From Eledone cirrhosa (lineage: Eukaryota), in the NCBI GenBank assembly GCA_964016885.1, contig OZ024760.1, positions 16,740,001 through 16,804,000 on the forward strand: a stretch of 64,000 bases of DNA. Reading direction: 5' to 3'. Positions 1-12,845 of this stretch are shown in pieces (positions within the stretch are counted from its first letter, which is position 1; every line of letters starts with the position of its first letter). The position numbers and the translations under genes are program-made. The notes under the pieces were generated by a model, which searched no databases, was not told the DNA's origin, and was given only the letters and a program-made list of their open reading frames with translations.

Positions 1-62
1 GTGGGGGTAGTGGGACGGGGGTGTATTTTGTTAGAGGTGCCTACTGACTGTAGGTTTCGCTT

Positions 63-93
<31 letters not shown>

Positions 94-96
<3 letters not shown>

Positions 97-438
97 ATTA
101 AATAAATGGAAACTATATTTATAAAACCATATTTATTTCGTTATATATATTTCAGGGATATCATATTAACAATATGTTATGCCTTCTTCAGACAAAATAC
201 AATATAAACAGTCTTATAAATAAATAGATACGACATACCTTTCAATCACCTTGCATTTGGGAGGTTGATTTGGCAGTATGATATCCCTGAAATATATATA
301 ACGAAATAAATATGGTTTTATAAATATAGTTTCCATTTATTTAATATCATAAATATACTCCAAATACTTGTTGAGTGCTTTTATATCAGTTATAAATATT
401 TACTCGTTGTTAACCCAACAATTTAAATATAACTTTCC
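94..438. mobile_element. Family A fold-back hammerhead element (Penelope-like pLTR remnant) in (TA)n
   Basis: Inverted arms ~92-164 and 277-350; minus-strand hammerhead 136-197 (TTTTGT CTGAAGA..GAAA TATATA TA ACGAAA); tail TACTC..GAGTG. Confidence 0.7.
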
Positions 439-459
439 ATATATATATATATATTTATG

Positions 460-670
460 GCAACATGAATGGACCTGTTATTTTTATCTAAATACTTTTT
501 TTCCAATTCCATCCCGCCCATCCCTTCAATCTCTCTTATTTCTCATTCTTTCTTCTGATGAAGGACTAGCATCCAAAATGTTAAGACACTCTTCCTGCTG
601 TTTCAAGCGTTAACCTAATATATTCCTTCCATATACTGTATTGATTGTGTTGTTATTTCTATTTAATTTT
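460..670 (+). mobile_element. Family Q hammerhead element, degenerate copy (GAAA mutated)
   Basis: Homologous to 3545-3712 and 44473-44645; CTGATGA at 555. Confidence 0.6.
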
Positions 671-739
671 TACATATATATAATTAAGTATAATGACCTA
701 TACAGTTGGATTATATCTAGCTCTGCTGCCATCCACTCA

Positions 740-1100
740 CTCAATGAAGCTGTAAATATGAATTTGCATCCAAGAGGGATTCTGATTTCATGGCATGAAG
801 TGACTGAGAATACAATACTCCTCCTGGACAGGACGCCAGTCCATTGCAGGGTTTAAGTCTGTCTCAAGCCAGAAGGTTTGTTAGGCCAGTGATTATCCTG
901 CTTATCCCAGTTTTGTGACGTGAAGTGACTGAGAGTACAAGATTCTACCCCTTAGACAGAACACCAGTCCATCACAGGATTAAACCCTACCAACTATTGC
1001 TGCTACTCATTTTCTGCTGAGTGTACTGGAATAAAGTGAAATGAAGTGTTTTGCTCAAGAATACAACACGCAATCCAGCCCAGGAATCGAACCTACAAGA
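740..1100 (-). mobile_element. tRNA-derived CORE-type SINE fragments (partial tandem)
   Basis: Homologous to 11090-11420 and 16470-16620; reverse B-box and CORE-like CTTGAGCAAAACACTTCATTTCAC on the minus strand. Confidence 0.65.
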
Positions 1101-1157
1101 TTATTCTTCTTTTCTTTTTCTTCTCATCCCTCCCTCCCTCTTTGTCTCTCTTTTCAG

Positions 1158-1249
1158 AAACAATCAAACATTATTATTATATTCGGCTGCTTTGCATTGG
1201 CCATTTGTAACTTATTTATCGGTCCGGCACCATTCCTGAACATTCCATA
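1158..1249 (+). CDS. SLC18B1: SLC18B1-like MFS transporter, internal exon (first of five visible; upstream exons lie outside the window)
   Basis: ttttcag acceptor and gtgagt donor; KQSNIIIIFGCFALAICNLFIGPAPFLNIP resembles the SLC18B1 segment LLVFG..AGCYMLLGPVPILHI; ends in phase 2, matching the next exon. Confidence 0.85.
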
Positions 1250-1265
1250 GTGAGTATGGTGAATT

Positions 1266-1297
<32 letters not shown>

Positions 1298-1303
<6 letters not shown>

Positions 1304-1654
1304 ATTCGTGGTCCCGGCATTCGCAGTCCCGGTTATTCGTGGAATTTTCCTTAGAACCTAACTAATAATTGTTTGTGGAAACCACCGCATATTTGCAGAA
1401 CCGTAAATATCTTCTGCGATTTTTTTTTTTTTTTTTTTTTTTTTCTAATGGATTTTTTTCGTGGCAATATATATTTTTTCACACTTTTTAATGCTAAACT
1501 ATTAATAACAATATACAGTATTTGCCAGCCTATATCTTACGTTCTGTTTTGACAGTTTATAGGCATTTTTATGGACCACGTCCAATATTCGTGCTTTTTT
1601 CATTCTTCATGGATGCTCGGAATGTCACCTTCGTGAATACCATGGGGCAAGTGT
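1298..1654. mobile_element. Tigger/pogo-like non-autonomous DNA transposon remnant
   Basis: CAGT start, repeated ATTCGTGG subterminal motifs, end GTGAATACCATGGGGCAAGTG-TA resembling Tigger termini. Confidence 0.45.
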
Positions 1655-1659
1655 ATGTC

Positions 1660-1840
1660 GGTCATTAAGATGTCGGACAGAATGCTTTACGGTATTTGTC
1701 CCACCTCATTGCATGCTCTGGGTTCAAATCCTGCCGAGGTCAACTTTGCCTTTCATCCTTACTGGGGTCGATAAAATAAAGTACCAGTAATACACTGGGG
1801 TAATTGCTGGCCTTGTGCCAAAAGTAGAAACAATTATTTA
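1660..1840 (+). mobile_element. tRNA-derived SINE with Meta-like central domain (first of about 17 copies, all on +)
   Basis: B box GGTTCAAATCC, then ACTTTGCCTTTCATCCTT..GGGGTCGATAAAATAAAGTACC and a (ATT)n tail. Confidence 0.8.
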
Positions 1841-1999
1841 TTCAAAGTAATCCAACTTATTTTACTAACGGGATAAACAAATATATTCAGGATGCAGTCC
1901 CGCACTCCTTACTTTATTATATTATGATGAATCTTCTTTCACACACACACACACACACATATATACATATTAACTGCATATATATTTTCTATATTCCAG

Positions 2000-2095
2000 T
2001 AAAATATGGATCGTGTGTGTGGCTCTATCTCTTCTTGGTGTGTTATTTAGTGTTGCTGTTATACCAACATTCAGTGCTCTATTGAAAGGGGCTGG
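2000..2095 (+). CDS. SLC18B1: SLC18B1-like exon
   Basis: attccag/gtaag; (Y)KIWIVCVALSLLGVLFSVAVIPTFSALLKGA contains the IPTF motif of SLC18B1; phases 2/2 are consistent. Confidence 0.9.
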
Positions 2096-2390
2096 GTAAG
2101 TATATATAATATTATACACACTAACTCTATATACACTCCCCCTTTAATCACATTGGATGGTCAGGGAGGGTCACATTACTGCTTGTACTCTGAGATACAT
2201 ACACACATATATATATATATATATATATCATCATCATCATCATCACCGTTTTACGTCCGTTCTTCCACGCTAGCATGGGTTAGACGGGTTGTCCTGTTGT
2301 GGGCAGTGTCTGGTCGGCTGACCATGCCTTGCTCATACAGGAACTGATCTGGCTTGATTTCTACAGCTGGATGCCCTTCCTAACACCATA

Positions 2391-2425
<35 letters not shown>

Positions 2426-2509
2426 TAATAATAAATGTGAAGACTAAAATACAAAGAGGGCTCGATAAGGATTATATATATCTATAAAAACTATATATAT
2501 ATATATATA

Positions 2510-2711
2510 GTTTTGATATAGATGAGATTCTACAGGACTAGAAATGTTTCATTCTTTAGAAATCATCAGGAATCAGATTCCTGATGATTTCTAAAGAATG
2601 AAACAGTTCTAGTCCTGTAGAATCTCATCTATATTAAAACTTTTATACTCTGCAATGTATTGAGTACCTTACTTACTGTGGTTACCTCCAATTCAACCCG
2701 GAATAACGTAC

Positions 2712-2712
<1 letters not shown>
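2510..2712. mobile_element. Family B fold-back element with hammerhead-like core; second copy 32525-32712
   Basis: Near-perfect inverted arms of ~65 bp meeting near 2575; CTGATGA T-TTC-TAAA-GAA-T GAAAC; tail TACTC..GAGTA; (TA)n on both sides. Confidence 0.65.
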
Positions 2713-2752
<40 letters not shown>

Positions 2753-2841
2753 CCGCAGAGCAAATATTTATTATATGTACAGATTAAAGTTTAAGCAAAG
2801 AATCGCTGCTTTCACCCTTTTACAGGATTTTCTGAGTTTCA

Positions 2842-2879
<38 letters not shown>

Positions 2880-3339
2880 CAAAATATTGTATAAGGTAAT
2901 CCCAGCTAGAGGTTATGAATATTCTGTATTGAGGATTGTTTTAACATTTGCCGTTGTTTGACATGACTTCTAACGATTAGCAACTTTTAGACACACTGGA
3001 CTAATGAAACAATTGTAATACTTTAAATAAACCCTATTGTACAGCCGACCATGTTATTCTTCATTCTTTTACTATATATATATTCATTTATTGTGGCTGA
3101 CTAGTGAGTGTTGTTATGAGTTGAAGAAACAACCATATAAAGACAAAGAATAATTCAAAGCTCAAGATTGTGATAAACAGGCAAAACTCCAGAGTAACTA
3201 GACTCAATTTTTAGCCCTAATATAAATGAATTTTAAAACTCTACTTCAGTATTGAGTACTCCTTTCTCTCAGCCATCAACCACACACACACTATATATAT
3301 GTATCTCTCTCTTATATATATATGTCTCTCCCTTTCCAG

Positions 3340-3414
3340 ATCACTAGGATATGAGATGGACTATGGCACAGTGGGAGCTGTCTCGGGTATATTTAATTCA
3401 TGTTTTTCTTTGGG
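3340..3414 (+). CDS. SLC18B1: SLC18B1-like exon
   Basis: ttccag/gtaagt; (G)SLGYEMDYGTVGAVSGIFNSCFSLG matches SLC18B1 GFEEGLSTLGLVSGLFSAMWSIG. Confidence 0.9.
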
Positions 3415-3623
3415 GTAAGTTATGTTTCTTTAAGTATTGCTATACCCTGTATAAATACATCTTAGTACTGTGAATAACTATGTGTATGTATAAGGATCTG
3501 AAGATTCATTATTAGTTCAGCATAAAAGTATGTGTGTATCTATGCACCTGTTATTTTTATCTAAAGTCATTTTTTCAAATTCCGATCTGCCTATCCCCTC
3601 AATCTATCTAATTTCTCATTCTT

Positions 3624-3659
3624 TCTTCTGATGAAGGACTAGCGTCCGAAATGTTAAGA
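3624..3659 (+). ncRNA. Minimal hammerhead ribozyme motif (family Q)
   Basis: TCTT CTGATGA A-GGAC-TAGC-GTCC GAAA TG TT AAGA; stem I TCTT/AAGA. Confidence 0.65.
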
Positions 3660-3713
3660 CCCTCTTTCTGCTATTTCAAGCGTTAAACTAATATATTCCT
3701 TCCATATACTCCC

Positions 3714-3752
<39 letters not shown>

Positions 3753-3754
<2 letters not shown>

Positions 3755-4208
3755 AAAGTTATATTTAAAATTGTTGGGTTACAACTAGTAAATATTTATA
3801 ACTGGTATAAAAGCACTCGACAAATATTTGGAGTATATTTACAATATTAAATAAATGGAAAACTATATTTATAAAACCATATTTATTTCATTATATATAT
3901 TTCGGGGATATCATATTAACAATATGCTATGCCTTCATCAGATAAAATACAATGTAAACAGTTTTATAGACAAATAGGTTCGACATACCGTTATAACACC
4001 GACTTCATTTGAAGAGGTTTACTCTGGCTGTGTAAACCTCTTCAAATGAAGTCGGTGTTATAATGGTATGTCGAACCTATTTGTCTATAAAACTGTTTAC
4101 ATTGTATTTTGTCTGATGAAGGCATAGCATATTGTTAATATGATATCCCCGAAATATATATAATGAAATAAATATGGTTTTATAAATATAGTTTTCCATT
4201 TATTTAAT

Positions 4209-4213
<5 letters not shown>
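3753..4213. mobile_element. Family A fold-back element with ~180-bp inverted arms and one hammerhead per arm
   Basis: Arms 3841-4022 and 4032-4213; + strand hammerhead 4107-4168; tail on the minus strand at 3753-3840. Confidence 0.75.
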
Positions 4214-4244
<31 letters not shown>

Positions 4245-4525
4245 TATCAAGTATGTATGTTTTGAAACGGTGAGTGAGTTTGAAATTAGAAATAGAAGCT
4301 TTCCTTGTATTTTTTTGTGATAAACTCAACCTATTTGAGCCATTTTGTCAGACAACAGCAGCTCACCTCACTGCCCAGCTCAGGCATACCAACCTTGATC
4401 ACCGAATCCTGCTGAGATCAACTTTGTCTTTCATTTGATTTAGCTGACTCCCTCACCTGCTCCCAAATTTCTGACCTTGTGCCTCTGTTAGATATCATTC
4501 TTATTTGTTGTTGTTGTTCCAACAG

Positions 4526-4619
4526 AGCCTTTTTGGGACCATTTGTTGGCGGTGCCTTGAATGAGAAGTTTGGTTTTAACTGGGCCTCAGTCTTTGGTTC
4601 TGGTGCCATTCTTTTTTCT
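4526..4619 (+). CDS. SLC18B1: SLC18B1-like exon
   Basis: caacag/gtaagt; AFLGPFVGGALNEKFGFNWASVFGSGAILFS matches AFMGPTLGGFLYEKIGFEWAA; ends in phase 0. Confidence 0.92.
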
Positions 4620-4685
4620 GTAAGTACCATTATTTGTCATTCTAATATATGTATGTGTGTGTGTATATATATATATATATATCTA

Positions 4686-4892
4686 TCTAAGGCGGATAAA
4701 ATTCCCGAGATCCATGGACGAGTTCTCTCCAGCGGTCTCTGTCCCTCATTATCGCTGCCATGTCCTGCATCTCCAACAGACCAGTGTCTGTCCTTAGGGC
4801 ATCAACATACGTTAACCTTGGTCTTCCTCTTCTAGTGTGTCCATGTAGGGGCTCCCAAAGGAGCACTGAGTGCAATGTCAACTCTGGATGTC
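4686..4892 (-). mobile_element. RTE-like LINE 3' fragment (second copy 34520-34783 on +)
   Basis: [35 protein letters not shown]...MRDRDRWR, a typical C-terminus downstream of RTE-clade RT. Confidence 0.8.
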
Positions 4893-5036
4893 GGTATATA
4901 TATATATATATAAATATAAATATATATATATATTTATATTTATAAACTCTACTTTGGTATTAAGTACTCATTCGCATATCTGTCAATATAATATAGGTGT
5001 GTGTATATATATATATATAGAGAGAGAGATATAGAT

Positions 5037-5203
5037 ATAGAATAGAAAACGAAAAATCAGTGATGCATCTGAACTCAATTTATTGTGTGTTACAATTGTT
5101 TCCCCGGCAGACAGCTTGAGACGCGATCATTGTGTGGATCTGTCTGACTCTGGACCCGCAGGTTCGACGGACACGTCTAATGATTTCAGAGCATATTCTC
5201 TCA
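5037..5203 (-). mobile_element. Family D element with variant-core hammerhead (5087-5174)
   Basis: Reverse complement of 13811-13975; GTGT CCGTCGA..GAAA CAATTG TA ACAC. Confidence 0.6.
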
Positions 5204-5245
5204 TCATCATCGTTTAGCGTCTATCTTCCACGCTAGCATGGGTTT

Positions 5246-5297
<52 letters not shown>

Positions 5298-5568
5298 TGT
5301 ATATACATATATTTATATATACATATATTTATATATACATATATATATATGAAACAAAATGAAAATGAAATTTCATTTCTCACTCTTAGTATGGCACTTA
5401 CTATACGTCTGTATACATATATGTATGTACGTATACATGCATACTTACATATATATATATGTATATACATATATTTATATATACATATATATATATGTAT
5501 ATACATATATTTATATATACATATATATATATATATGTATATACATATATATATACATATATATAAGC

Positions 5569-6037
5569 AAAAGGCTTCTCCCTCAGAATGAAAGGCAGAC
5601 TGTATGATGCGTGTATCCGAACAGCGATGTTGCATGGTAGTGAGACCTGGGCGCTGAAGGTGGAAGACTTACGTAGATTAGAGAGAAACGAAGCCTGCAT
5701 GCTCCGATGGATGTGTAACAGTAATATACGTGAACGACAAAGCATAAATGAATTGAGAGAGAGACTGAGCATAAGAGGAATCAAATGCTGCGTGCAGGAG
5801 AGGCGGTTACGCTGGTATGGACATGTGATGCGTATGAAGGATGACAGCTGCATAAAAAGGTGCAGAGCACTAGAAGTTGATGGAAACCGCGGAGTGGGGA
5901 GACCCAAGATGACTTGGGATGAGGTGATAAAAGCCGACCTTACCCAACTACACCTCTCAAAGTCAATGACACACGACCGTGACTTCTGGCGTCACGCAGT
6001 AATACAGGGTACCCGACCTCCCATGGGTACATGCTGA
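5569..6037 (+). mobile_element. RTE-clade LINE 3' fragment (C-terminal part of ORF)
   Basis: [20 protein letters not shown]...LRWM...[11 protein letters not shown]...GRPKMTW...DRDFWR. Confidence 0.92.
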
Positions 6038-6071
6038 AGCATATAAACAATATGCCCCCCCCCCCCCCCAC

Positions 6072-6340
6072 CGCAAGGTGGTCGTGGAGGTGCCACGGAA
6101 AAAAAGCACCCAGCCCACACTGTAAAGTGGACGTGTAGGCGCCACGAAAAAGCACCCAGCACTCACTGTAAATGAGGTTGGTGTTAGGAAGGGCATCCAG
6201 CTGTAGAAATCAAGCCAGATCAGTTCCTGTATGAGCAAGGCATGGTCAGCCGACCAGACACTGCCCACAACAGGACAACCCGTCTAACCCATGCTAGCGT
6301 GGAAGAACGGACGTAAAACGGTGATGATGATGATGATGAT
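6072..6340 (+). mobile_element. SINE 3' part with RTE-type tail and duplicated internal ~48-bp unit; related pieces at 2228-2388(-), 10360-10520, 58395-58562, 61505-61765
   Basis: TGTTAGGAAGGGCATCCAGC motif, CCCATGCTAGCGTGGAAGAACGGACGTAAAA(TGA)n tail. Confidence 0.75.
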
Positions 6341-6375
6341 GATATATATACATATATATATACATATATATATAC

Positions 6376-6407
<32 letters not shown>

Positions 6408-6447
6408 ATACATATATATACATATATATATACATATATACATATAC

Positions 6448-6482
<35 letters not shown>

Positions 6483-6661
6483 CATATATACATATACATA
6501 TATATATATATACATATATACATATACATATATATATATATATACATATATATACATATACATATATATATATATACATATATATACATATATATATATA
6601 TACATATATATACATATATATATATATATACATATATATACATATATATATATATATATAC

Positions 6662-6712
<51 letters not shown>

Positions 6713-6968
6713 TACATACATATATATATATACATATATACATATATACATATATATACATATCATCATCATCATCATACGTCCGCTTTTCCCTGCTTGC
6801 AAGGGTGGGACGGGTCTTATTCAGCACAGCATATATATACATATATATATATATATATACATATATATACATATATATATATACATATATATACATATAT
6901 ATATATACATATATATACATACATATATATACATATATATATATATACATATATATACATATATATAC

Positions 6969-7027
<59 letters not shown>

Positions 7028-7028
7028 T

Positions 7029-7190
7029 CAGAGCTGTGATCTCTCAAACCAGAGAAGTAGCAGCTCTACCTGGGGTGACTGTTTGATCTCTGATCTACGC
7101 ACTTTATCAAAGACCCTTTGGAGGAACCCGCTTTTGACCACTTGTATTCACGACTCTATTCTTTCGGTCATTACCCAAGATTCATAACAT
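7029..7190 (-). mobile_element. Expander/Rex3-like RTE LINE fragment, degraded
   Basis: Minus translation [14 protein letters not shown]...[13 protein letters not shown]...[13 protein letters not shown] resembles RTE HELWVMTER...VEPLLLHIERSQL. Confidence 0.65.
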
Positions 7191-7216
7191 ATCACTCAGT
7201 TGTTTCTGTTTTGCAG

Positions 7217-7321
7217 GGTCTGTTGCTTCTCATTGTAACTCTTTCAAAGAAGAATTTAATTTTACCAACAGAAACTGAAGTTTTAAAAGTCACTGCTGAG
7301 AAAACTGAAGAAAATGTTTAG
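7217..7321 (+). CDS. SLC18B1: SLC18B1-like terminal coding exon
   Basis: ttttgcag acceptor, phase 0; GLLLLIVTLSKKNLILPTETEVLKVTAEKTEENV-stop completes the last TM helix and gives a charged tail. Confidence 0.8.
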   Translation, partial: GLLLLIVTLSKKNLILPTETEVLKVTAEKTEENV

Positions 7322-7358
7322 ATTTATGTAACTGGCTATATATATTATATATATATTA

Positions 7359-7391
<33 letters not shown>

Positions 7392-7810
7392 GTTAAAAGA
7401 ATAGAGGTGTAACACACAAGTTATTATATATTGGTAAACGGAATAGAAAATGCTGACAAATTGTTCACAGTTGAAAAATGGTTTAATTAGGAATAAAAGA
7501 GTATTAGTGATTGTATGGGTTAGTATTCAGTTGTGGTTTTAAGTTTTTACCGGTTACGCATTTCTAAATGCTTTTCAAAAATAATTTTGAGATAGAGTGT
7601 CCGTGCTGTTTGCTCTGATCAGAGCAAACAGCACGGACACTCTATCTCAAAATTATTTTTGAAAAGCATTTAGAAATGCGCAACCGGTAAAAACTTAAAA
7701 ACTTAAAACCACAACTGAATACTAACCCATACAATCACTAATACTCTTTTATTCCTAATTAAACCATTTTTCAACTGTGAACAATTTGTCAGCATTTTCT
7801 ATTCCGTTTA

Positions 7811-7815
<5 letters not shown>
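7392..7815. mobile_element. Family F perfect palindrome (~190-bp arms centred on TGATCA 7616-7621), 70 bp after the SLC18B1 stop
   Basis: Direct reading of the arms; degenerate hammerhead-like TTGAAAA GCATTT-AG-AAATGC G(C/T)AA CCGG TA. Confidence 0.7.
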
Positions 7816-7868
<53 letters not shown>

Positions 7869-7890
7869 CAGTTTATTGATTCCTTGGTTT

Positions 7891-7932
<42 letters not shown>

Positions 7933-7990
7933 AGGTTGTGCTATTAAGTTAGACATGGCCTGGGCCAATACTGGCTGAAGCCTATCAAAG

Positions 7991-8021
<31 letters not shown>

Positions 8022-8163
8022 CACGTATACACATATTCACACACATACACACACATACACACACACACACACATACACATATATATATATATATATATAT
8101 ATGTTTATAACCAAGGAATCATTCTGTCTTGTCAATGGTTGTTTCAAATATTAATGACTATAA

Positions 8164-8209
<46 letters not shown>

Positions 8210-8369
8210 ATATATATATATAAAGAAAGAGATGAAATCGAAAATGCAACCAATACTGGTTGCATTTTTTAACGACTTCAGTTGCATTTTCGATTTCATC
8301 TCTTTTTCTTTATACTTTCACTCGTGTAGGACACCTCGGTTATTTTTCATTTTGTAAAAAAAACCTCAC

Positions 8370-8401
<32 letters not shown>

Positions 8402-8841
8402 GTTTATATTTATATACATATGTATATAATTATACTATTGTATAAAAGAATGTATGAAAATGTATATACAAACAATATATATCTAAACTCATGAACATCT
8501 GTATATATTATGTGTTCCCGCCATGGGACTGAGGCCATGCTGAGGCACCACCATTGTAAACATGTATATATATTCATAAATATATTTAGCAACACATACA
8601 GATATAAATATATTGTACAATATTTACACATAAATATATTTATATAGAGAGAGATTTACATAGACAAACACATGTATATATTTGTATATGATGATATATA
8701 TATATATATATACACACCTCATCTTATATATCATTATTAAATGATTAATTATACACCCTGCATAGTAACATATATATGGAAGTATATATGGGTTTGTATA
8801 CACATACGTGTGTGTGTATATACAGACACACACACAGAGGG

Positions 8842-8879
<38 letters not shown>

Positions 8880-9399
8880 TTAAATATTAGACAGGAACAA
8901 ATATATATATGTACATGTATGTACATATATATATATGTATGTACATATATATGTATGTACATACATATATGTATGTGTGTATGTACATGTATATATGTAC
9001 TTGTATATATATGTATGTACATGTATATATACATATGTATATGTATCTATGTATATTCATGTATGTATGTGTATATATGTGTGTATGTATGTATGTATGT
9101 ATGTATATATATATATAATCTGTAAAACTGCTGCTCGTGATATTGATGAGAAATATTTTGCTTGGTCTTTCTTTCTATTACTTACTCTTTTTTTCTATCT
9201 TTCTTTCTATCTGTCAGACAAACCCCTAAACACACAGACATAAACACACACACACACTCATATATATATATATATCTTTATCTTTACCGTTTAACATCCA
9301 TTCTTCCACGCTAGCATGGGTTAGACAAGTTGTCCAGATGTGACCCAAGCCAGAGCAGATGGCCGTGTCCTGAGATATATATATATATATGTATATATG

Positions 9400-9487
<88 letters not shown>

Positions 9488-9488
<1 letters not shown>

Positions 9489-9829
9489 GATATTAACAAA
9501 TGGAAACTATATTTATAAAACCATATTTATTTCATTATACATATTTCAAGGACACCAAGTTAAATTATGGTGTGCTTTCATCAGATAAAATATAATATAG
9601 AGCAGTTTTATAAATAAATATTGACATACCCTTAAAGAATGCAACCATTACTGTTGGAAGCTCCCGGATAGACACTATAATTTAACTTGGTGTCCTTGAA
9701 ATATGTATAATGAAATAAATATAGTTTCCATTCGTTAATATCGTATTTTTACTCCAAATATTTGTTGAGTGCTTTATTTCAGTTATAAAAATATTTGCTT
9801 GTTGTATCCCAACAATTTAAATAGAACTT

Positions 9830-9832
<3 letters not shown>
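9488..9832. mobile_element. Family A-related fold-back element with minus-strand hammerhead
   Basis: Inverted arms; TTTTAT CTGATGA AAG..CTT GAAA TATGTA TA ATGAAA on minus; tail TACTC..GAGTG. Confidence 0.7.
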
Positions 9833-9870
<38 letters not shown>

Positions 9871-9910
9871 AATATATATATATATTGAATATATATATTG
9901 AATATATATA

Positions 9911-10332
9911 TTGAAAGGATAACAAGGACGATTGGTTACTCCTTCATTGCATTTATTGATAGGTGACGCGCGTTTCGCCACTGATCAGTTCAGGGTTCGA
10001 TCTGTATTGATCTTACACGACTCAATAATCGGCAGCTCGACGGACTCTGACTTTACCACATAGCATGTATTTCATTTTCTTATAGAATTTTAAGAGGGTC
10101 CGTTGAGCTGCCGATTATTGAGTCGGGTAGGGTCGATACAGATCGACCCTTGAACTGATCAGTGGCGAAACGCGCGTCACCTATCAATAAATGCAATGAA
10201 GGAGTAATCAATCGTCCTTGTTATCCTTTCAATATATTACACTCTGTATAGCTCTACACCTCATCACGGAAGTAAACCTAAACATCGAGTGCTCTCCCGG
10301 ATGAACTGCAGTAACTCCTAGTTACACCCCTG
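9911..10332. mobile_element. Family E fold-back element with variant hammerheads (10096-10182 on +, 9961-10047 on -)
   Basis: Arms 9911-10048 and 10095-10232; GGGT CCGTTGA..GAAA CGCGCG TC ACCT; tail CACTC..GAGTG. Confidence 0.7.
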
Positions 10333-10363
<31 letters not shown>

Positions 10364-10574
10364 TGTAAACGTGGGTGCTGTTAGGAAGGGCATCCAGCCG
10401 TAGAAAACCCGCCAGACAGTCCTATACGAGCAGGACAACCAATCTTGCCTCAAGTGGGAAAACTCCCGTCCAGACCCATGCAAGCGTGGAAGATGGACGT
10501 TAAATGATGATGATGATGGTGATATATATATATATCTCAGGACACACACACATATATATATATATATATAAAGG

Positions 10575-10990
10575 TGTGCTGCATGGTAGTGAAACATGCG
10601 CTGTGACTGTAGGAGCCATGTTGTAGACTGGAGAGAAATGCAGCAGCCATGCTTCTTTGGAAGTGCAATGTAAATGTGAGAGAAAGGCAGAGCTTGGACT
10701 AGATGGGAAATAAACTGAGTTTAAGAGAAATCTGAGATGGTGTGTAGGAGAGAAAACTTTGTTGGTATGGACATGTGATGTGCATGGGTGAGGAGATCCT
10801 AGTGGAAGGAAGCCGCAGTAGAGGTAGACCAAAAAAGATTTGGGCAAGAGGTGTTGAGAGTTGACCTCATATCACTGCAACTCAGAGATGGCAAAGGAAT
10901 GTGACAAATGGAGTGAGGCCATGCTTAGAAGGACCCTTCCAAACCATGCAAGTGTGGAAAAGCAGGCATAAATATGATGGCAACGATGAT
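10575..10990 (+). mobile_element. Degraded RTE LINE 3' fragment
   Basis: GTGCTGCATGGTAGTGAAACATG (LHGSET), TGGTATGGACATGTGATG (WYGHVM), RTE tail. Confidence 0.7.
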
Positions 10991-11797
10991 AAAATGTCTT
11001 CCGTAGTGTATAGCTTAATATATTTTATAAAGCGTTATTGTCAGAAGTAATAAAATACTGTTTATCACTTGGTTATGAAAATCTATGTTTAAAGTCTGTC
11101 TTAAGCCAGAAGACATAAGGTCGGTGCTTATCCTGGGTTCATGACATGAAGCAACTGATAATACAAGATTCCACCCACTGGACAGGACACCAGTCCATCA
11201 CAGGGTTAAACCCCCAGATATTTCTGGTACTCATTTTCAGCTGAGTATACTGGAGCAATATGAAATAATAATAATGAAATTATTGTGTAAAGTGCTCAGG
11301 TGCACGACAAAAAATGAAGTGTTTTACTCAAGAAAACAACACACAACCCAGGAATTGAACCCACGACATTATGATCAAATGTCCAACACCCTTACCACCA
11401 GGCCATATGCCTCCACCATAAAAAAATACAAATAAAATAATACATTGTTTATAATTTGAATCTAACACTTTCGTCTTTCATGAAACTTATTGAAGTATCA
11501 ATAATTATATTTATATCTTGCTAAGTCTCATAAAAGATGAAGGCGCTAGACTCAAATTTAATTACTTTTTCTCACCCCGAGTGACAAACAGTGTTTTATT
11601 ACTTCTGACTTCTGACAATTATACTTATGTACTATAATAATATATAAACAATTGTAACAGTATGTTGACATTTTCTCTGTACCCGCTTCACCCTGCTTGT
11701 AATTGGTCCTGCAATTAGGAGGGGGAGGCTTATCATGTCAGAATATATATATATATATATATATACATGCATGTATGTATGTATGTTTGTACGTATG

Positions 11798-11837
<40 letters not shown>

Positions 11838-11839
<2 letters not shown>

Positions 11840-12021
11840 AACAAGTATGACCCCGACGGCAGAGCTCAAGCCGTTTCGACGGCTAAGTCCAGAATTAGCC
11901 GTCGAAACAGCTTGAGCTCTGCCGTGGTGGTCATACTCGTTCCTATTACCCACTCTACTACCCTAAGTATTGAGTACTTTGGTGCATTATGGTCCATCTG
12001 GTTCCTTACCACAGTTCCTTC

Positions 12022-12025
<4 letters not shown>
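11838..12025. mobile_element. Family G fold-back element; further copies at 13735-13810, 27342-27527 (diverged), 34082-34181, 34841-35055, 62217-62411, 62681-62827
   Basis: Inverted arms built on GAGCTCAAGCCGTTTCGACGGCTA with a different junction in each copy; tail CACTC..GAGTAC; embedded in (TA)n. Confidence 0.75.
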
Positions 12026-12063
<38 letters not shown>

Positions 12064-12469
12064 TACATACATACATATGTATATATATACATACACATAT
12101 GACAGGCAGAACAACCATTATCTACTACATAACATTGTACTACTGTCTCACCATACCACCACACCACCACACCACCACCACACCACCACCATACCATCAC
12201 CATACTCTAAATAAACAAACTTCATATTTTCACAATTTGTGTTAATATTATTTATAGTTTATTTTTTTTTTATTTTTGAAAAAAGGAAATATTTAATTTA
12301 AAAACAAAAATACATTTCTAAAATTATATTCTTTAAAATAAATTTAAAAAAAAACCTATAAAAAGAAATTCCATCTTGATTTTTATCCCGGTATTGTCCC
12401 CTTTTTTATCCCAGTATTGTCCCTCTTTTTATTGGCCTTTGCGGTAAATAAAAAGAAATTATTATCATT

Positions 12470-12845
12470 ATTGGCAGTATCGGTAGAGGGTCGAACACCA
12501 CGCTTTGCAGCATAGAGTTACGGCCCTTTACGGTCTGAGTTCAAATCCTGCTGAGGTTAACTTTGCCTTTCATTCTTTAAGGTACCAGTAATGCACTGGG
12601 ATAATTGCTGGCCTTGTGCCAATAGTAGAAACAATTATTATTATTATTATAAGGGCGGTGAATTGGCAATATCGGTAGAGGGTCGGACATGCTTTCCAGC
12701 ACAGTTACGTCCCTTTATGGTCTGAGTTCAAATCCCGCCGAGGTTAACTTTGCCTTTCATCCTTACGGGGTCGATAAAATAAAGTACCAGTAATGTACTG
12801 GGTAATTGCTGGCCTTGTGCCAAATGTAGAAACAATTATTATTAT
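12470..12845 (+). mobile_element. Two tandem Meta-like SINE copies
   Basis: A box TGGCAGTATCGG, B box GAGTTCAAATCC, central GCCTTTCATCC domain. Confidence 0.8.

Noticed and set aside
2965-3025. Hammerhead-like CTAACGA..GAAACAATTGTA
   Set aside because: G5 is mutated and stem I is unconvincing; at most a decayed relic.
11885-11920. Complete hammerhead in family G
   Set aside because: Only the GTC-GAAAC half is visible; every copy is truncated by its inversion junction before any CUGANGA.
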